Source: Deltaproteobacteria bacterium (GTDB taxonomy: Bacteria > Myxococcota_A > UBA9160 > SMWR01). From it: a stretch of 64,000 nt of DNA. The stretch covers positions 5,385-69,384 of the forward strand of contig JAQBHB010000002.1 of the NCBI GenBank assembly GCA_032128115.1. Reading direction: 5' to 3'. The notes beneath the pieces are model-generated. The model was not told where the DNA came from. It did no database searches and saw only the letters and a list, made by a program, of their open reading frames with translations. This document shows positions 36,924 to 46,661 of the stretch, piece after piece. Positions within the stretch are counted from its first letter, which is position 1, and every line of letters begins with the position of its first letter. The translations under genes and the position numbers were made by a program.

Positions 36924-38080
36924 TCAGGCGGGAGAGCGGCCGAATTCCGCCAGGATCGCCGCGCGGTCGGCATCCAGCTCGGGCGCCGGCTCCCGCGTGT
37001 CGGGATCGTCGAACGCCGAGAGCTTGATGGGGTTTCCGGCCAGGCTGAGACCCCCCGGCTCCCCTCGACCCGCACCAGCATGTTGCGCGCCGCCACCTGG
37101 GGATCGCGCAGCATGGCTTCCACGTCGTTCACCGGGCCGCACGGCACACCGGCTCGCTCCAGGCACTCGAGCCACTCGACGGTGGTGGCGCCGGAGAGTG
37201 CGGCTTCCAACGAGGACCGGAGCTCATCGGCATGCTGCGTGCGCGACGGGTTGTCGGCGAAACGGGAATCCGCGACCAGCTCGGAGCAGGCGAGGACCTC
37301 GCAGAGCCTGGCGAAGAGATCGTCGTTGCCGGCGGCGATCACCAGATATCCGTCGCGTGTGGCCAGGGCCTCGAAGGGGGTGATCGACGGGTGACGCGAG
37401 CCCAGGGGGCCCGGTATCTCGCCGGTGGCCTGGTAGCGCGCCACCGCGTTCTCGAGCGTGGCGATCTGGGCGTCCAGCATGGCCACGTCCACCTGCATGC
37501 CCTCGCCGCTCTGCACACGAGCCAGCAGCGCCGCCTGGATGCCGATCGCCGTGAACAGCCCCGCGGTGATGTCGCCCATGGAGCTCCCCACCCGGGTGGG
37601 AGGCCCGCCCGGGTGCCCGGTGAGGCTCATGATGCCGCCCATGGCCTGCACCACGATGTCGTAGGCGGGCCGCTTCGCGTAGGGGCCGCTCTGCCCGAAC
37701 CCGGACGTGGACGCCATCACCAGCCGCGGGAAGCGCGCGTGCAGGGCCTCCCAGCCGTAGCCCAGGCGATCCATGACGCCGGGCCGGAAGTTCTCGGTGA
37801 GCACGTCGGCCCGCGTCAGCAGCGCCTCGAAGATGGCGCGGTCGGCAGCGTCCTTGAGATCCAGGGCGATGCTCTGCTTGCCCCGGTTCAGGGACAGGAA
37901 GTAGGCCGAGCGCCCGCGGAGGAAGGGGCCGACCCGGCGCGCGTCGTCCCCGCCGCGCGGCGACTCCACCTTGATCACTCGCGCGCCCAGATCGGCGAGC
38001 ACCATGGTGCAGAACGGACCCGCGAGCACGCGGGTCAGGTCGACGACGAGAGTGCCGCTGAGCGGCCCGGCCACGGGCAT
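36924..38080 (-). CDS. Family III (CaiB/BaiF) CoA-transferase, interrupted by a 1-nt frameshift at 37051-37056
   Basis: N-terminus LSGTLVVDLTRVLAGPFCTMVLADLGARVIKVE. The family-typical C-terminus LAGNPIKLS...ELDADRAAILAEFG is in another frame (ORF 36924..37175). The switch occurs at a C6 run (G6 on the coding strand), and adding one G restores ...VEGSRGGLSLAGNPIKLS. Confidence 0.8.
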
Positions 38081-39871
38081 TCAGCCCCTGGCGGACTTCA
38101 GCCGCTGCTCCAGCGCGTCGAGTTCTTCGAGCAGCGCCTTGGGCGCGCGGTCGCCGAACTTCGCGTAGTACTCGCGGATGCCCGGACACTCGGCCTGCCA
38201 GGCCGCCACATCCACCTGGAGCAGCTCAGCCAGGTCGTCGCCCGTGACGTCCAGACCCGATACGTCGAGCTCGCCCTCCGCCGGCACGTTGCCGATGGGG
38301 GTCTCGCTGGCCTTGGCCGTCCCCGCGCAGCGCTCGAAGATCCACTTGAGCACGCGGCTGTTCTCGCCGTAGCCGGGCCACAGGAAATCGCCGCCCTCGC
38401 CCTTGCGGAACCAGTTGACGTAATACACGCGCGGCAGGTCTGCGCCCGCGCGCTGGCCGATGCGGAGCCAATGCCCCCAGTAGTCGGCCATGTTGTATCC
38501 GCAGAAGGGCAGCATGGCCATGGGATCACGGCGCAGGTCGCCCACCTTGCCGGCAGCGGCGGCGGTCTTTTCGCTGCCCATGATCGAGCCCAGGAACGTG
38601 CCGTGCTGCCAGCTGCGCGCCTCGGACACCAACGGCACGACACTCGCCCGGCGGCCGCCGAAGAGGATGGCACTGATGGGCACGCCCCTGGGATCCTCCC
38701 ACTCGTCGGCGATCACCGGGCACTGGCGGGCGGGCGCCGTGAAGCGCGCGTTCGGGTGGGCCGCGGGCGTTCCGGATTCGGGCGTCCACGCGTTGCCGCG
38801 CCAGTCGGTGAGCTTCGCCGGAGGCTCATCGGTCATCTCCTCCCACCAGACGTCGCCGTCCGGCGTGAGGGCGCAGTTGGTGAAGAAGCTGTTTTCCTGG
38901 AAGCTCAGCATGGCGTTCGGATTCGATTTCATGCTGGTGCCCGGCGCCACTCCGAAGAATCCGTACTCGGGATTGATGGCGTAGAGGCGGCCGTCCTCGC
39001 CGAACTTCATCCAGGCGATGTCGTCTCCGATGGTCTCTACCTTCCAGCCTTCGATGGTGGGCTCCAGCATCGCCAGGTTGGTCTTGCCGCAAGCGCTGGG
39101 GAAGGCGGCACAGATGTACCGGGCCTCGCCCCGGGGCGACGTGATCTTGAGGATCAGCATGTGTTCGGCGAGCCAGCCCTCGTCGCGGGCCATGGCCGAG
39201 GCGATGCGGAGGGCGAAACACTTCTTGCCCAGCAGGGCGTTGCCGCCGTAGCCCGAGCCGAACGACCAGATCTCGCGGGTCTCCGGGAAGTGCACGATGT
39301 ACTTGTTGTCGGAGTTGCAGGGCCAGGGCACGTCCTTGCGCCCCTTCGCAAGGGGAGCGCCCACCGAGTGCAGACAGGGCACGAAGTCGCCATCGCCAAG
39401 CGTCTCGAGCACCTTCTTCCCCATGCGCGTCATGATGCGCATGTTCGCCACCACGTAGGGCGAGTCGCTGATCTGCACACCGATGTGTGCGATGGGCGAG
39501 CCGATGGGTCCCATGCTGAAGGGGATCACGTACATCGTCCGGCCCTTCATGCAGCCGCCGAACAGGCCTTCGAGCGTCCGACGCATTTCGCCGGGGTCGG
39601 CCCAGTTGTTGGTGGGGCCGGCATCCACTTCTTTTTCGCTGCAGATGAAGGTTCGGCCTTCGACCCGCGCCACGTCCGCCGGGTCCGACAGGATCAGGTA
39701 GCTGTTGGGCCGCCTGGTCTCGTCGAGCTTGCGGGCGGTGCCGCTCTCGACCATGAGCTGGATCATCTCCTCGGCTTCTTCCGGCGACCCGTCACACCAG
39801 CGGACCGCGTCCGGCTGGCACAGGGCCTCCATCCCTCGAACCCAGGATCCGAGCTTCTCGTTCTTCGTCAT
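38081..39871 (-). CDS. pckG: Phosphoenolpyruvate carboxykinase (GTP)
   Basis: Inner ATG of ORF 38081..39985. Contains ...[14 protein letters not shown]...[25 protein letters not shown]...YYVNWFRK. Confidence 0.9.
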   Translation of the reverse strand: MTKNEKLGSWVRGMEALCQPDAVRWCDGSPEEAEEMIQLMVESGTARKLDETRRPNSYLILSDPADVARVEGRTFICSEKEVDAGPTNNWADPGEMRRTLEGLFGGCMKGRTMYVIPFSMGPIGSPIAHIGVQISDSPYVVANMRIMTRMGKKVLETLGDGDFVPCLHSVGAPLAKGRKDVPWPCNSDNKYIVHFPETREIWSFGSGYGGNALLGKKCFALRIASAMARDEGWLAEHMLILKITSPRGEARYICAAFPSACGKTNLAMLEPTIEGWKVETIGDDIAWMKFGEDGRLYAINPEYGFFGVAPGTSMKSNPNAMLSFQENSFFTNCALTPDGDVWWEEMTDEPPAKLTDWRGNAWTPESGTPAAHPNARFTAPARQCPVIADEWEDPRGVPISAILFGGRRASVVPLVSEARSWQHGTFLGSIMGSEKTAAAAGKVGDLRRDPMAMLPFCGYNMADYWGHWLRIGQRAGADLPRVYYVNWFRKGEGGDFLWPGYGENSRVLKWIFERCAGTAKASETPIGNVPAEGELDVSGLDVTGDDLAELLQVDVAAWQAECPGIREYYAKFGDRAPKALLEELDALEQRLKSARG

Positions 39872-39971
39872 CTCAGCGCCCCTGCGTCTCATCCGTTGGA
39901 CCCCGCAAAAAGAAAACCGGCGTCCCCCCCGAAAAGGGGCGCCGCACCGCCCGCCAGTATAAACCCCGGGC

Positions 39972-40382
39972 TCAGAAGAGGGCAACGATGGCTCCGACGA
40001 GCCCTCCCCAGGCGAGTATCAGGTTGGCCAGCAACGTGAGCCCGAAGCCGGGGCCGCGCTTGGCGGGGTTGGTGATATAGGCCCGAGCGTAGAGCGCCCG
40101 GCCCAGGATGAAGAGCAGGCCCACCGCCGCCCCGACCCGGTCGCTCACGAATGCGGAAAACAGGAACAGGGCCGGCAGAAACACCACCAGCTGCTCCACC
40201 GTATTGCCCTGGATCCGGAGGTAGCGCTCGAACTCCGTGTTGCCGGTAGTGGCGGGGGCCGGAACGCCCAGACGCCCTCGGGCCTGCCCCGTCATGAAGA
40301 CGAAGACGGTGTACTCGATCAGCGCGACGGCCGCGACGATGGACGAATATTGGAAACCCTGGAGAGGCCCTGCGAATTCCAC
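39972..40382 (-). CDS. MAPEG family membrane protein
   Basis: 136 aa with four hydrophobic segments. Contains [17 protein letters not shown]...GRALYARAY. Confidence 0.7.
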   Translation of the reverse strand: MEFAGPLQGFQYSSIVAAVALIEYTVFVFMTGQARGRLGVPAPATTGNTEFERYLRIQGNTVEQLVVFLPALFLFSAFVSDRVGAAVGLLFILGRALYARAYITNPAKRGPGFGLTLLANLILAWGGLVGAIVALF

Positions 40383-40457
40383 GCGGTCCGCCTTGGCACA
40401 GGAAGGGCGCCAGGGGCCGTGATACCACTCCAGGGCAGCGAATGACAGAACAAACGG

Positions 40458-41321
40458 TCAGGCGCCCGAGCGCGGGCGGATCAGCCCCTCCTGGGCCATG
40501 GACACCACCAGGACCCCGTCGCGGCTGAACAGGCGCCCGGTGCTGAAGCCGCGGGCCCCGGCGGCGGCCGTGCTCTCCTGCTGGTAGAGCAGCCACCGGT
40601 CCGCGCGGAACGGGCGGTGGAACCACATGGCGTGGTCGAGCGACGCCACCTGGTGATTGTCGTCGATCCACGACACGTCGTGGGGCAACAGCGCCGTGTC
40701 CATCAGGGTGAGGTCCGAGGCGTAGGCCGCGACGCATTGGTGCAACAGCAACGAGTCGGGCAGCGCGCCGTTGCTGCGAACCCAGACCTGCATGTGGGGC
40801 GGACGCCGGCCCGGCGCCATGGGGTTGATGTCCTCCACGTAGCGCACGTCGATGGGCCGCTCGCGCTCGGCCCACACGCGCTCGGACTCGGGCAGGCTGT
40901 CGGCAAACGAGAGAACCCGGTCGCGCCAACTGGCCAGCGATTCAGGGTCGGGTGCGACCGGCATCTCGGCCTGGTGCTCGGGCCCCTTCTCGGGTTTCTG
41001 GAACGACGCCTCCAGGTGGAAGATGGCGCGGCCGTGCTGGATGGCGGTGGCGCGTCGGGTGGTGAAGCTTCGCCCGTCGCGGGTGCGATCCACCTGGTAG
41101 AGAATCGGGTGGTTCGGATCTCCCGGGCGCAGGAAATAGGAGTGGAGCGAATGGGTCTGACCGTCCTCGACGGTGCGCCCCGCCGCCACCAGTGCCTGCC
41201 CCAACACCTGGCCCCCGAACACCCGCTGGGAGCGATCGTCCGGGCTCTTGCCCCGGAAGAGGTCTACCTCGAGGTGCTCCAGGTCGAGCAGGGCGAGCAG
41301 TTCGTCGAGGGCTTTCTGCAT
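40458..41321 (-). CDS. tesB: Acyl-CoA thioesterase II
   Basis: Inner ATG of ORF 40458..41561. Contains LEHLEVDLFRG...RVFGGQVLGQAL...SLHSYFLRPGD...YQVDRTRDGRSFTTRR...ASLDHAMWFH. Confidence 0.85.
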   Translation of the reverse strand: MQKALDELLALLDLEHLEVDLFRGKSPDDRSQRVFGGQVLGQALVAAGRTVEDGQTHSLHSYFLRPGDPNHPILYQVDRTRDGRSFTTRRATAIQHGRAIFHLEASFQKPEKGPEHQAEMPVAPDPESLASWRDRVLSFADSLPESERVWAERERPIDVRYVEDINPMAPGRRPPHMQVWVRSNGALPDSLLLHQCVAAYASDLTLMDTALLPHDVSWIDDNHQVASLDHAMWFHRPFRADRWLLYQQESTAAAGARGFSTGRLFSRDGVLVVSMAQEGLIRPRSGA

Positions 41322-41398
41322 GGGGCTTCGGGTTGCGACCGGCCGGGCAACACGAGCAGATCGCGTCCACGACGGTACCCTGTGGCGGGGAGGCGCGC

Positions 41399-42016
41399 TT
41401 GTTTCGGATCCTTGCCGAAGACCTGAAGGCGGTCCAGACCAACGATCCCTCGGCGACGAGCGCGATCGAAACGCTGCTCGTGCACACTCCCCTGCACGCG
41501 ATCCTGCTGTACCGGTTGGCCCACTGGCTGCACGCGGTGCTTCACGTGCCGGTGATTCCACGCCTGATCTCGGCTGTGGGCCGCTTCTGGACGGGCGTCG
41601 AGATCCACCCGGGGGCGAAGATCGGCCGGCGCTTCTTCATCGACCACGGCACTGGCCTCGTGATCGGCGAGACCTCGGAGGTGGGCGACGACTGCGTCTT
41701 CTTCCACAACGTGACCCTGGGTGGCACCGGAAAGCACCGGGGAAAGCGCCACCCGACGGTGCGCGACAACGTGTTCATCGGAACCGGTGCGACGCTGCTG
41801 GGTCCGATCACGGTAGGGTCGAACGTGAAGATCGGAGCCAACTCGTTCATCCGCATGCACGATGTGCCGCCCGGCTGCACGGCGGCGGGAACCCCGGCGA
41901 GAATCGTGAAGCGCGGCAACAAGCGCGTGAACGAGGAGCTTCCCCGAACGCAGATCTCGGACGCCTCGATCCCCATTCCCCTCCCGAACGACCTTCGTGA
42001 TACAAAGCCCTCGTGA
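41399..42016 (+). CDS. cysE: Serine O-acetyltransferase
   Basis: TTG 41399 is preceded by GGGGAGG. Contains DPSATSAIETLL..PLHAILLYRLAHWL...GVEIHPGAKIGRRFFIDHGTGLVIGETSEVGDDCVFFHNVTLGGTG (hexapeptide repeats). The start is uncertain. Confidence 0.8.
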   Translation: MFRILAEDLKAVQTNDPSATSAIETLLVHTPLHAILLYRLAHWLHAVLHVPVIPRLISAVGRFWTGVEIHPGAKIGRRFFIDHGTGLVIGETSEVGDDCVFFHNVTLGGTGKHRGKRHPTVRDNVFIGTGATLLGPITVGSNVKIGANSFIRMHDVPPGCTAAGTPARIVKRGNKRVNEELPRTQISDASIPIPLPNDLRDTKPS

Positions 42017-42876
42017 ACGCGCCCGCCGAAAAACTGCGCGCCCTGCTGGAGGCTCCCGGCCTGCGGGTGATGCCCTGCTGCTTCGACGCCCTCTCGGCCC
42101 GGCTGATCGAGCGGGCCGGCTTTCCGCTCACCTTCATGAGCGGATTCGCGGTGTCGGCCACGCGCCTGGCCCTGCCGGACACAGGCCTGATCTCCTACGG
42201 CGAGATGCTCGACCAGGGGCGCAACATCTGTTCCTCGGTCTCGATCCCGGTGATCGGAGACGCCGACACGGGCTACGGAAACGCCCTCAATGTGAAGCGC
42301 ACCGTGGAAGGCTACGCCCGGGCCGGATTCGCCTGCGCCATGATCGAAGACCAGGTGGCCCCCAAGCGCTGCGGCCACACCGAGGGCAAGCAGGTGGTGG
42401 AGCGCGACCAGGCCCTGGCCCGGGTGCGCGCGGCGGTGGACGCTCGCGACGAGGGCGCCGGCATCCTGGTCATGGCCCGCACCGACGCCCGCGCTCCCCA
42501 TGGCCTGGACGAGGCCCTCTGGCGGGCCCGCGAGTTTGCGAAGCTCGGCGCCGACATCGTGTTCTGCGAAGCGCCACGCAGCGAGGCGGAAATGCAGCGC
42601 ATCTGCGCCGAGGTAGACGCCCCCCAGATGGCGAACCTGGTGGAGGGCGGGAGCACCCCGGTGTTGCCGCCGGCGCGCCTGGAAGAGATCGGCTTCAAGA
42701 TTGCGGCCTATCCACTGACGCTGTTGTCCGCGGCCGTGGACGCCATGCAGAGGGCCCTGGATGCAATCGAGCGGGGAATTCCCGCCGAGCGATTGTTGGA
42801 CTTCGAAAACCTGCGCGAGCTGGTAGGATTCGACCGCTACGACGCGGCGCGCTCGCGCTACGCCGACGGAGGCTAG
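42013..42876 (+). CDS. Isocitrate lyase / PEP mutase family protein (methylisocitrate-lyase-like or oxaloacetate-decarboxylase-like)
   Basis: Contains GDADTGYGNALNV...IEDQVAPKRCGHTEGKQVV...MARTDA. GTGA overlap with cysE. Confidence 0.8.
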   Translation: MNAPAEKLRALLEAPGLRVMPCCFDALSARLIERAGFPLTFMSGFAVSATRLALPDTGLISYGEMLDQGRNICSSVSIPVIGDADTGYGNALNVKRTVEGYARAGFACAMIEDQVAPKRCGHTEGKQVVERDQALARVRAAVDARDEGAGILVMARTDARAPHGLDEALWRAREFAKLGADIVFCEAPRSEAEMQRICAEVDAPQMANLVEGGSTPVLPPARLEEIGFKIAAYPLTLLSAAVDAMQRALDAIERGIPAERLLDFENLRELVGFDRYDAARSRYADGG

Positions 42877-42898
42877 CGGAGGCAAGCGGAGGCAGGAA

Positions 42899-43870
42899 AT
42901 GGGACGCGCGATCTTCGTACGCGAAAACGGCGGACCGGAAGTGCTGCAGATCGAAGCCCACGAGGCGGCCCAGCCGGGTCCGGGCCAGGTCCGGGTACGC
43001 GTGTCTGCCGCCGGTGTCAACTTCATCGACGTCTACTTCCGCACCGGCCTGTATCCGCGACCCGTCCCCTTCGTGGCGGGACTGGAAGGAGCCGGCGTGG
43101 TGGAGGTGGTGGGCCCGGAGGTGCGGGGGCTCGCCGTGGGCGACCGCGTCGCCTGGGCCACGGCGCCCGGTTCCTACGCGAATCACGTGGTCGCGGCGGC
43201 CCAGAGCCTGATTGCGATCCCGAACGGCGTCACCAACGCCCAGGCCGCCGCCACCATGCTGCAGGGTATGACCGCCCACTACCTGGCCCACGGCGTACGC
43301 GAAACGCGCCCGGGCGACGTGGCCCTGGTGCACGCGGCCGCTGGCGGGACCGGGCTGCTGCTGGTGCAGACCCTGGTGGCGGCCGGTGCCACGGTGATCG
43401 GCACCTGCTCCACCGCCGAGAAGGAGGAGCTGGCCCGGGGCGCCGGGGCGAGCCACATGATCCGGTACACGGAGCAGAGCGTGCCCGACGAGGTGCGCCG
43501 CTTCACCGATGGCGAGGGCGCCCATGTGGTGTATGACGCCGTGGGGCAGAGCACCTTCGAGGGGAGCCTGCAGTCGCTGCGGCCGCGCGGCCTGCTCGCC
43601 CTGTTCGGGCAGGCCAGCGGACCGGTGCCGCCGTTCGAGCTGCGGCGCCTGAACGACATGGGCTCACTGTTCGTCACGCGCCCGTCGCTGGCCCACTACA
43701 CGGCCACGCGCGCCGAGTTCGAGATGCGCGCGTCGGAGGTTCTCGGCGCGGTGGCCAAGGGAGCCCTGCAGGTCCGGATCGGCGCCGAGTTCGCTCTCGA
43801 CGAGGCGGCCGAGGCCCACAGGGCCCTGGAAGGTCGGGCGACCACCGGGAAGGTGCTGCTCTACCCCTGA
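42899..43870 (+). CDS. NADPH:quinone oxidoreductase (zeta-crystallin / MDR family)
   Basis: Contains VRVSAAGVNFIDVYFRTGLYP...VHAAAGGTGLLLVQ.... Confidence 0.8.
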   Translation: MGRAIFVRENGGPEVLQIEAHEAAQPGPGQVRVRVSAAGVNFIDVYFRTGLYPRPVPFVAGLEGAGVVEVVGPEVRGLAVGDRVAWATAPGSYANHVVAAAQSLIAIPNGVTNAQAAATMLQGMTAHYLAHGVRETRPGDVALVHAAAGGTGLLLVQTLVAAGATVIGTCSTAEKEELARGAGASHMIRYTEQSVPDEVRRFTDGEGAHVVYDAVGQSTFEGSLQSLRPRGLLALFGQASGPVPPFELRRLNDMGSLFVTRPSLAHYTATRAEFEMRASEVLGAVAKGALQVRIGAEFALDEAAEAHRALEGRATTGKVLLYP

Positions 43871-45339
43871 CCCGGACCCGCGGTCTGGATCAACAGCTGC
43901 CGGTAGAAGCGCACCGCGTCGCCCAGGTCTGCGATCCGCATGCGCTCGTCCATGCCGTGAACCCGGACGCGGTCGTCCACCGTGAAGGGGAAGGGCGCGA
44001 AGCGGTAGAGCGAATCGCTGACCCTGCCGTAGTGGCGGGCGTCGGTCCCCCCCAGGACCAGATAGGGAACCACCTGCGCGTCGGGAAACACCTGACGGAT
44101 GGCGCGGCGCAGACTTTCGTAGGCGGGGGTGTCCACGGGGGATACGCGACTCGGGTCGCGCGGCGTGGGTCGCGGGCTGAGTTCGATCTGCACGCGTTCG
44201 TCGTTCACGCTGCTCTTCACGTGTTCCAACACGGTCTCCACCGTGTCGCCCGGCAGGAGCCGGAAATTCACCGCGGCCCGGGCCCGACGCGGCAACACGT
44301 TTTCCTTCACGCCGCCCTCGATGATGGTGGGCGCAGTGGTGGTGCGGATCATGGCGTCCAGCGAGGGCTCGCTGGCCATGGCGATCTCGAGGAGCGGGCC
44401 AAAGAGCCACAGGTTGGCCAGCACTGCCCGGAAGGGGAACGACAGCTCGGCGCCCGCCGTCTCGAGCATCACCTTCGTAGCGCCGTCGATACGGCTGGGC
44501 ATGGGGCGCCGCTGCAGCACGGCCACCGCCTCGCTCAGGATCCCCACCGCAGTCTCGCGGGGAGGCGTCGAGGAGTGACCGCCCGGGGATTCCACCACCA
44601 GATCGACGGTGGCGGAGCCCTTCTCGGCGATGCCGATCAACGCCAGTCGCGCTTCCCAGCCGGGAATCGGATCGACGGCGATGGCCCCACCCTCGTCGAG
44701 CACGTACTCGACGCGGACGCCCCGCGAGGCGAGCAGGTCGGCAATGCTGGTAGCGCCTCGGTCACCGCCCACCTCTTCGTCGTGCCCGAATGCGAGATAG
44801 ACCGTGCGTTCGGGGCGGAACCCCTGTTGCAGCAGGGATTCCACCGCCTCGAGCAGGCCGAAGACGCCGCACTTGTCGTCCATGGCGCCGCGGCCCCAGA
44901 CGTAGCCGTCGTCGACAAAGCCGCCGAAGGGAGGGTGGGTCCACTCCTCGGCGGTGCCGGTCTCCACCGGAACCACGTCCAGGTGCGCTGCCAGCAGTGC
45001 AGGATCCAGGTCCGGCCGGCTGCCCCGCCAGGTGTAGAGCAGACTGAGCCCCGCCACCGTCTCGAGTTCGAGCCCGGCGTGTACGGCGGGGTAGGTCTCG
45101 CGCAGGTAGTCATGGAAGCGCCGGAATTCTCCCGCGTCGAAGCGCCCGTATTCGTAGTAGGACACGGTCTCGAAGCGGATTCCGCCGGCCATGCGCCGGG
45201 CCACGGCCGCCACGTCCACCGGAGCCGCATCGGCGGGATCGACCGCAACCCGCATCGATTCGATGCTCAGGGTGCGCAGGACGACGGTACCCACCAGGAG
45301 CAGCAGCACCGCAGCCAGACCCAGAAGAACGCGTTTCAC
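43861..45339 (-). CDS. M20 family metallopeptidase (membrane-anchored/secreted)
   Basis: N-terminal anchor LLGLAAVLLLLVGTVVL. Contains AHLDVVP..., GRGAMDDKCG and FGHDEEVGG. Confidence 0.8.
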   Translation of the reverse strand: MKRVLLGLAAVLLLLVGTVVLRTLSIESMRVAVDPADAAPVDVAAVARRMAGGIRFETVSYYEYGRFDAGEFRRFHDYLRETYPAVHAGLELETVAGLSLLYTWRGSRPDLDPALLAAHLDVVPVETGTAEEWTHPPFGGFVDDGYVWGRGAMDDKCGVFGLLEAVESLLQQGFRPERTVYLAFGHDEEVGGDRGATSIADLLASRGVRVEYVLDEGGAIAVDPIPGWEARLALIGIAEKGSATVDLVVESPGGHSSTPPRETAVGILSEAVAVLQRRPMPSRIDGATKVMLETAGAELSFPFRAVLANLWLFGPLLEIAMASEPSLDAMIRTTTAPTIIEGGVKENVLPRRARAAVNFRLLPGDTVETVLEHVKSSVNDERVQIELSPRPTPRDPSRVSPVDTPAYESLRRAIRQVFPDAQVVPYLVLGGTDARHYGRVSDSLYRFAPFPFTVDDRVRVHGMDERMRIADLGDAVRFYRQLLIQTAGPGQG

Positions 45340-45701
45340 GCGGGCGGACCTTCCTGCGCCTCGATGCGTGGCCGAGCGCGCGGCCGCCAGCGGTAGAGCA
45401 CAAGCGACACCCGCCCCGCAGCGTCGAACGCTACACCCTCGCGCTCGAGCAGCTGGCGTTGCACCTGATCCCAGCCGGGCAGCGAGCGTGGACTCACCCC
45501 ACCCCGGGCGTTGATCACCCGGTGCCAGGGTACGCGGGCCCCATCGTCGAGGGCGTGCAGGGCGTAACCCACCTGCCGGGCGTGCCCCGCAAGCCCCGCG
45601 AGCTGCGCCACCTGTCCATACGTGGCCACGCGTCCCCGCGGAATCCGCTGCACCACCGCGTAGATGCGGTCGTAGCTCCCCTCACCCCGTCGATCCGACA
45701 T
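45336..45701 (-). CDS. Alkyltransferase-like protein (MGMT DNA-binding domain with Trp replacing the active Cys)
   Basis: Inner ATG of ORF 45336..45794. Contains IPRGRVATYGQVA...VPWHRVINARGGVS. PWHRV replaces PCHRV, as in ATL/YbaZ-type proteins. Confidence 0.75.
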   Translation of the reverse strand: MSDRRGEGSYDRIYAVVQRIPRGRVATYGQVAQLAGLAGHARQVGYALHALDDGARVPWHRVINARGGVSPRSLPGWDQVQRQLLEREGVAFDAAGRVSLVLYRWRPRARPRIEAQEGPPA

Positions 45702-45815
45702 CGAGCCATTGTCACCCACGGCACACCCCGGCGTCACGCGTCGTGCGCTCGCCGGAACGCCGTGATCCGCGTATCCTCGGTCGATTCCCAGCACCCAACT
45801 CCCAGGAGATTCCCC

Positions 45816-46619
45816 ATGTCCGACCCCAGGAAGGTCCCCATGTCCGACCCCGTGCTGCTCGTCGAGAAGGCCGAGGGGATCGCCACCCTCACCCTGAACC
45901 GCCCCCAGGCCATGAACGCCCTCTCGCGCGAGCTGCGCGACGCGATCTCAAACGGCTTCCGTGACCTGCAATCCGGCGGCGACGTCCGGGTGGCAATTCT
46001 CACCGGCAACGGCCGGGCCTTCTGTGCCGGCCTCGACCTGAAGGAGCTCGCCAGCACCGGCAACGACACCACCGCCAGCTTCGCAGGCGTCGACGTGATG
46101 GAGGCCATCGCCGACTTCGAGGGGCCCGTGATCGGCGCCATCAACGGCTTCGCCATCACGGGCGGTTTCGAGCTGGCGCTGGCCTGCGATCTGCTGATCG
46201 CCTCGCCGGAAGCCCGCTTCGCCGACACCCACGCGCGCGTGGGGATCCTGCCGGGCTGGGGGCTCAGCCAGAAGCTGCCGAGGCTGATCGGCATCCACCG
46301 CGCCAAGGAGCTGTCGCTGACGGGCAACTATCTCTCGGCTGCGCAGGCCGAGGCCTGGGGCCTGGTCAACCGCGTGGTTCCGGCCCCCGAGCTGCTGCCC
46401 ACGTGTCGGGCACTGGCGAACGACATGCTGAGCTGCGTGCCCGAGGCGCTGCGCGGCTACAAGCGCGTGATCGACACCGGCTTCGGGACTACCTTCTCCG
46501 ACGGCATGGCCTTCGAGGCAAAGGCCTCCCGCGATCACGCCCGATCGGTGACGCCGGCTATGCTGGCCGAGCGGCGCGCCGGCGTGCAGGACCGGGGCCG
46601 CAACCAGTCCAGGAGCTGA
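45816..46619 (+). CDS. Enoyl-CoA hydratase/isomerase (crotonase) family
   Basis: Contains LTLNRPQAMNAL...GNGRAFCAGLDLKE...INGFAITGGFELALACD. The ATG at 45816 follows AGGAGA. A second in-frame ATG at 45840 arises from a 24-bp duplication. Confidence 0.85.
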   Translation: MSDPRKVPMSDPVLLVEKAEGIATLTLNRPQAMNALSRELRDAISNGFRDLQSGGDVRVAILTGNGRAFCAGLDLKELASTGNDTTASFAGVDVMEAIADFEGPVIGAINGFAITGGFELALACDLLIASPEARFADTHARVGILPGWGLSQKLPRLIGIHRAKELSLTGNYLSAAQAEAWGLVNRVVPAPELLPTCRALANDMLSCVPEALRGYKRVIDTGFGTTFSDGMAFEAKASRDHARSVTPAMLAERRAGVQDRGRNQSRS

Positions 46620-46661
46620 CACGGCGGCGCCGGCCCCATCGCCCCGGAGGACGCAACGAGC

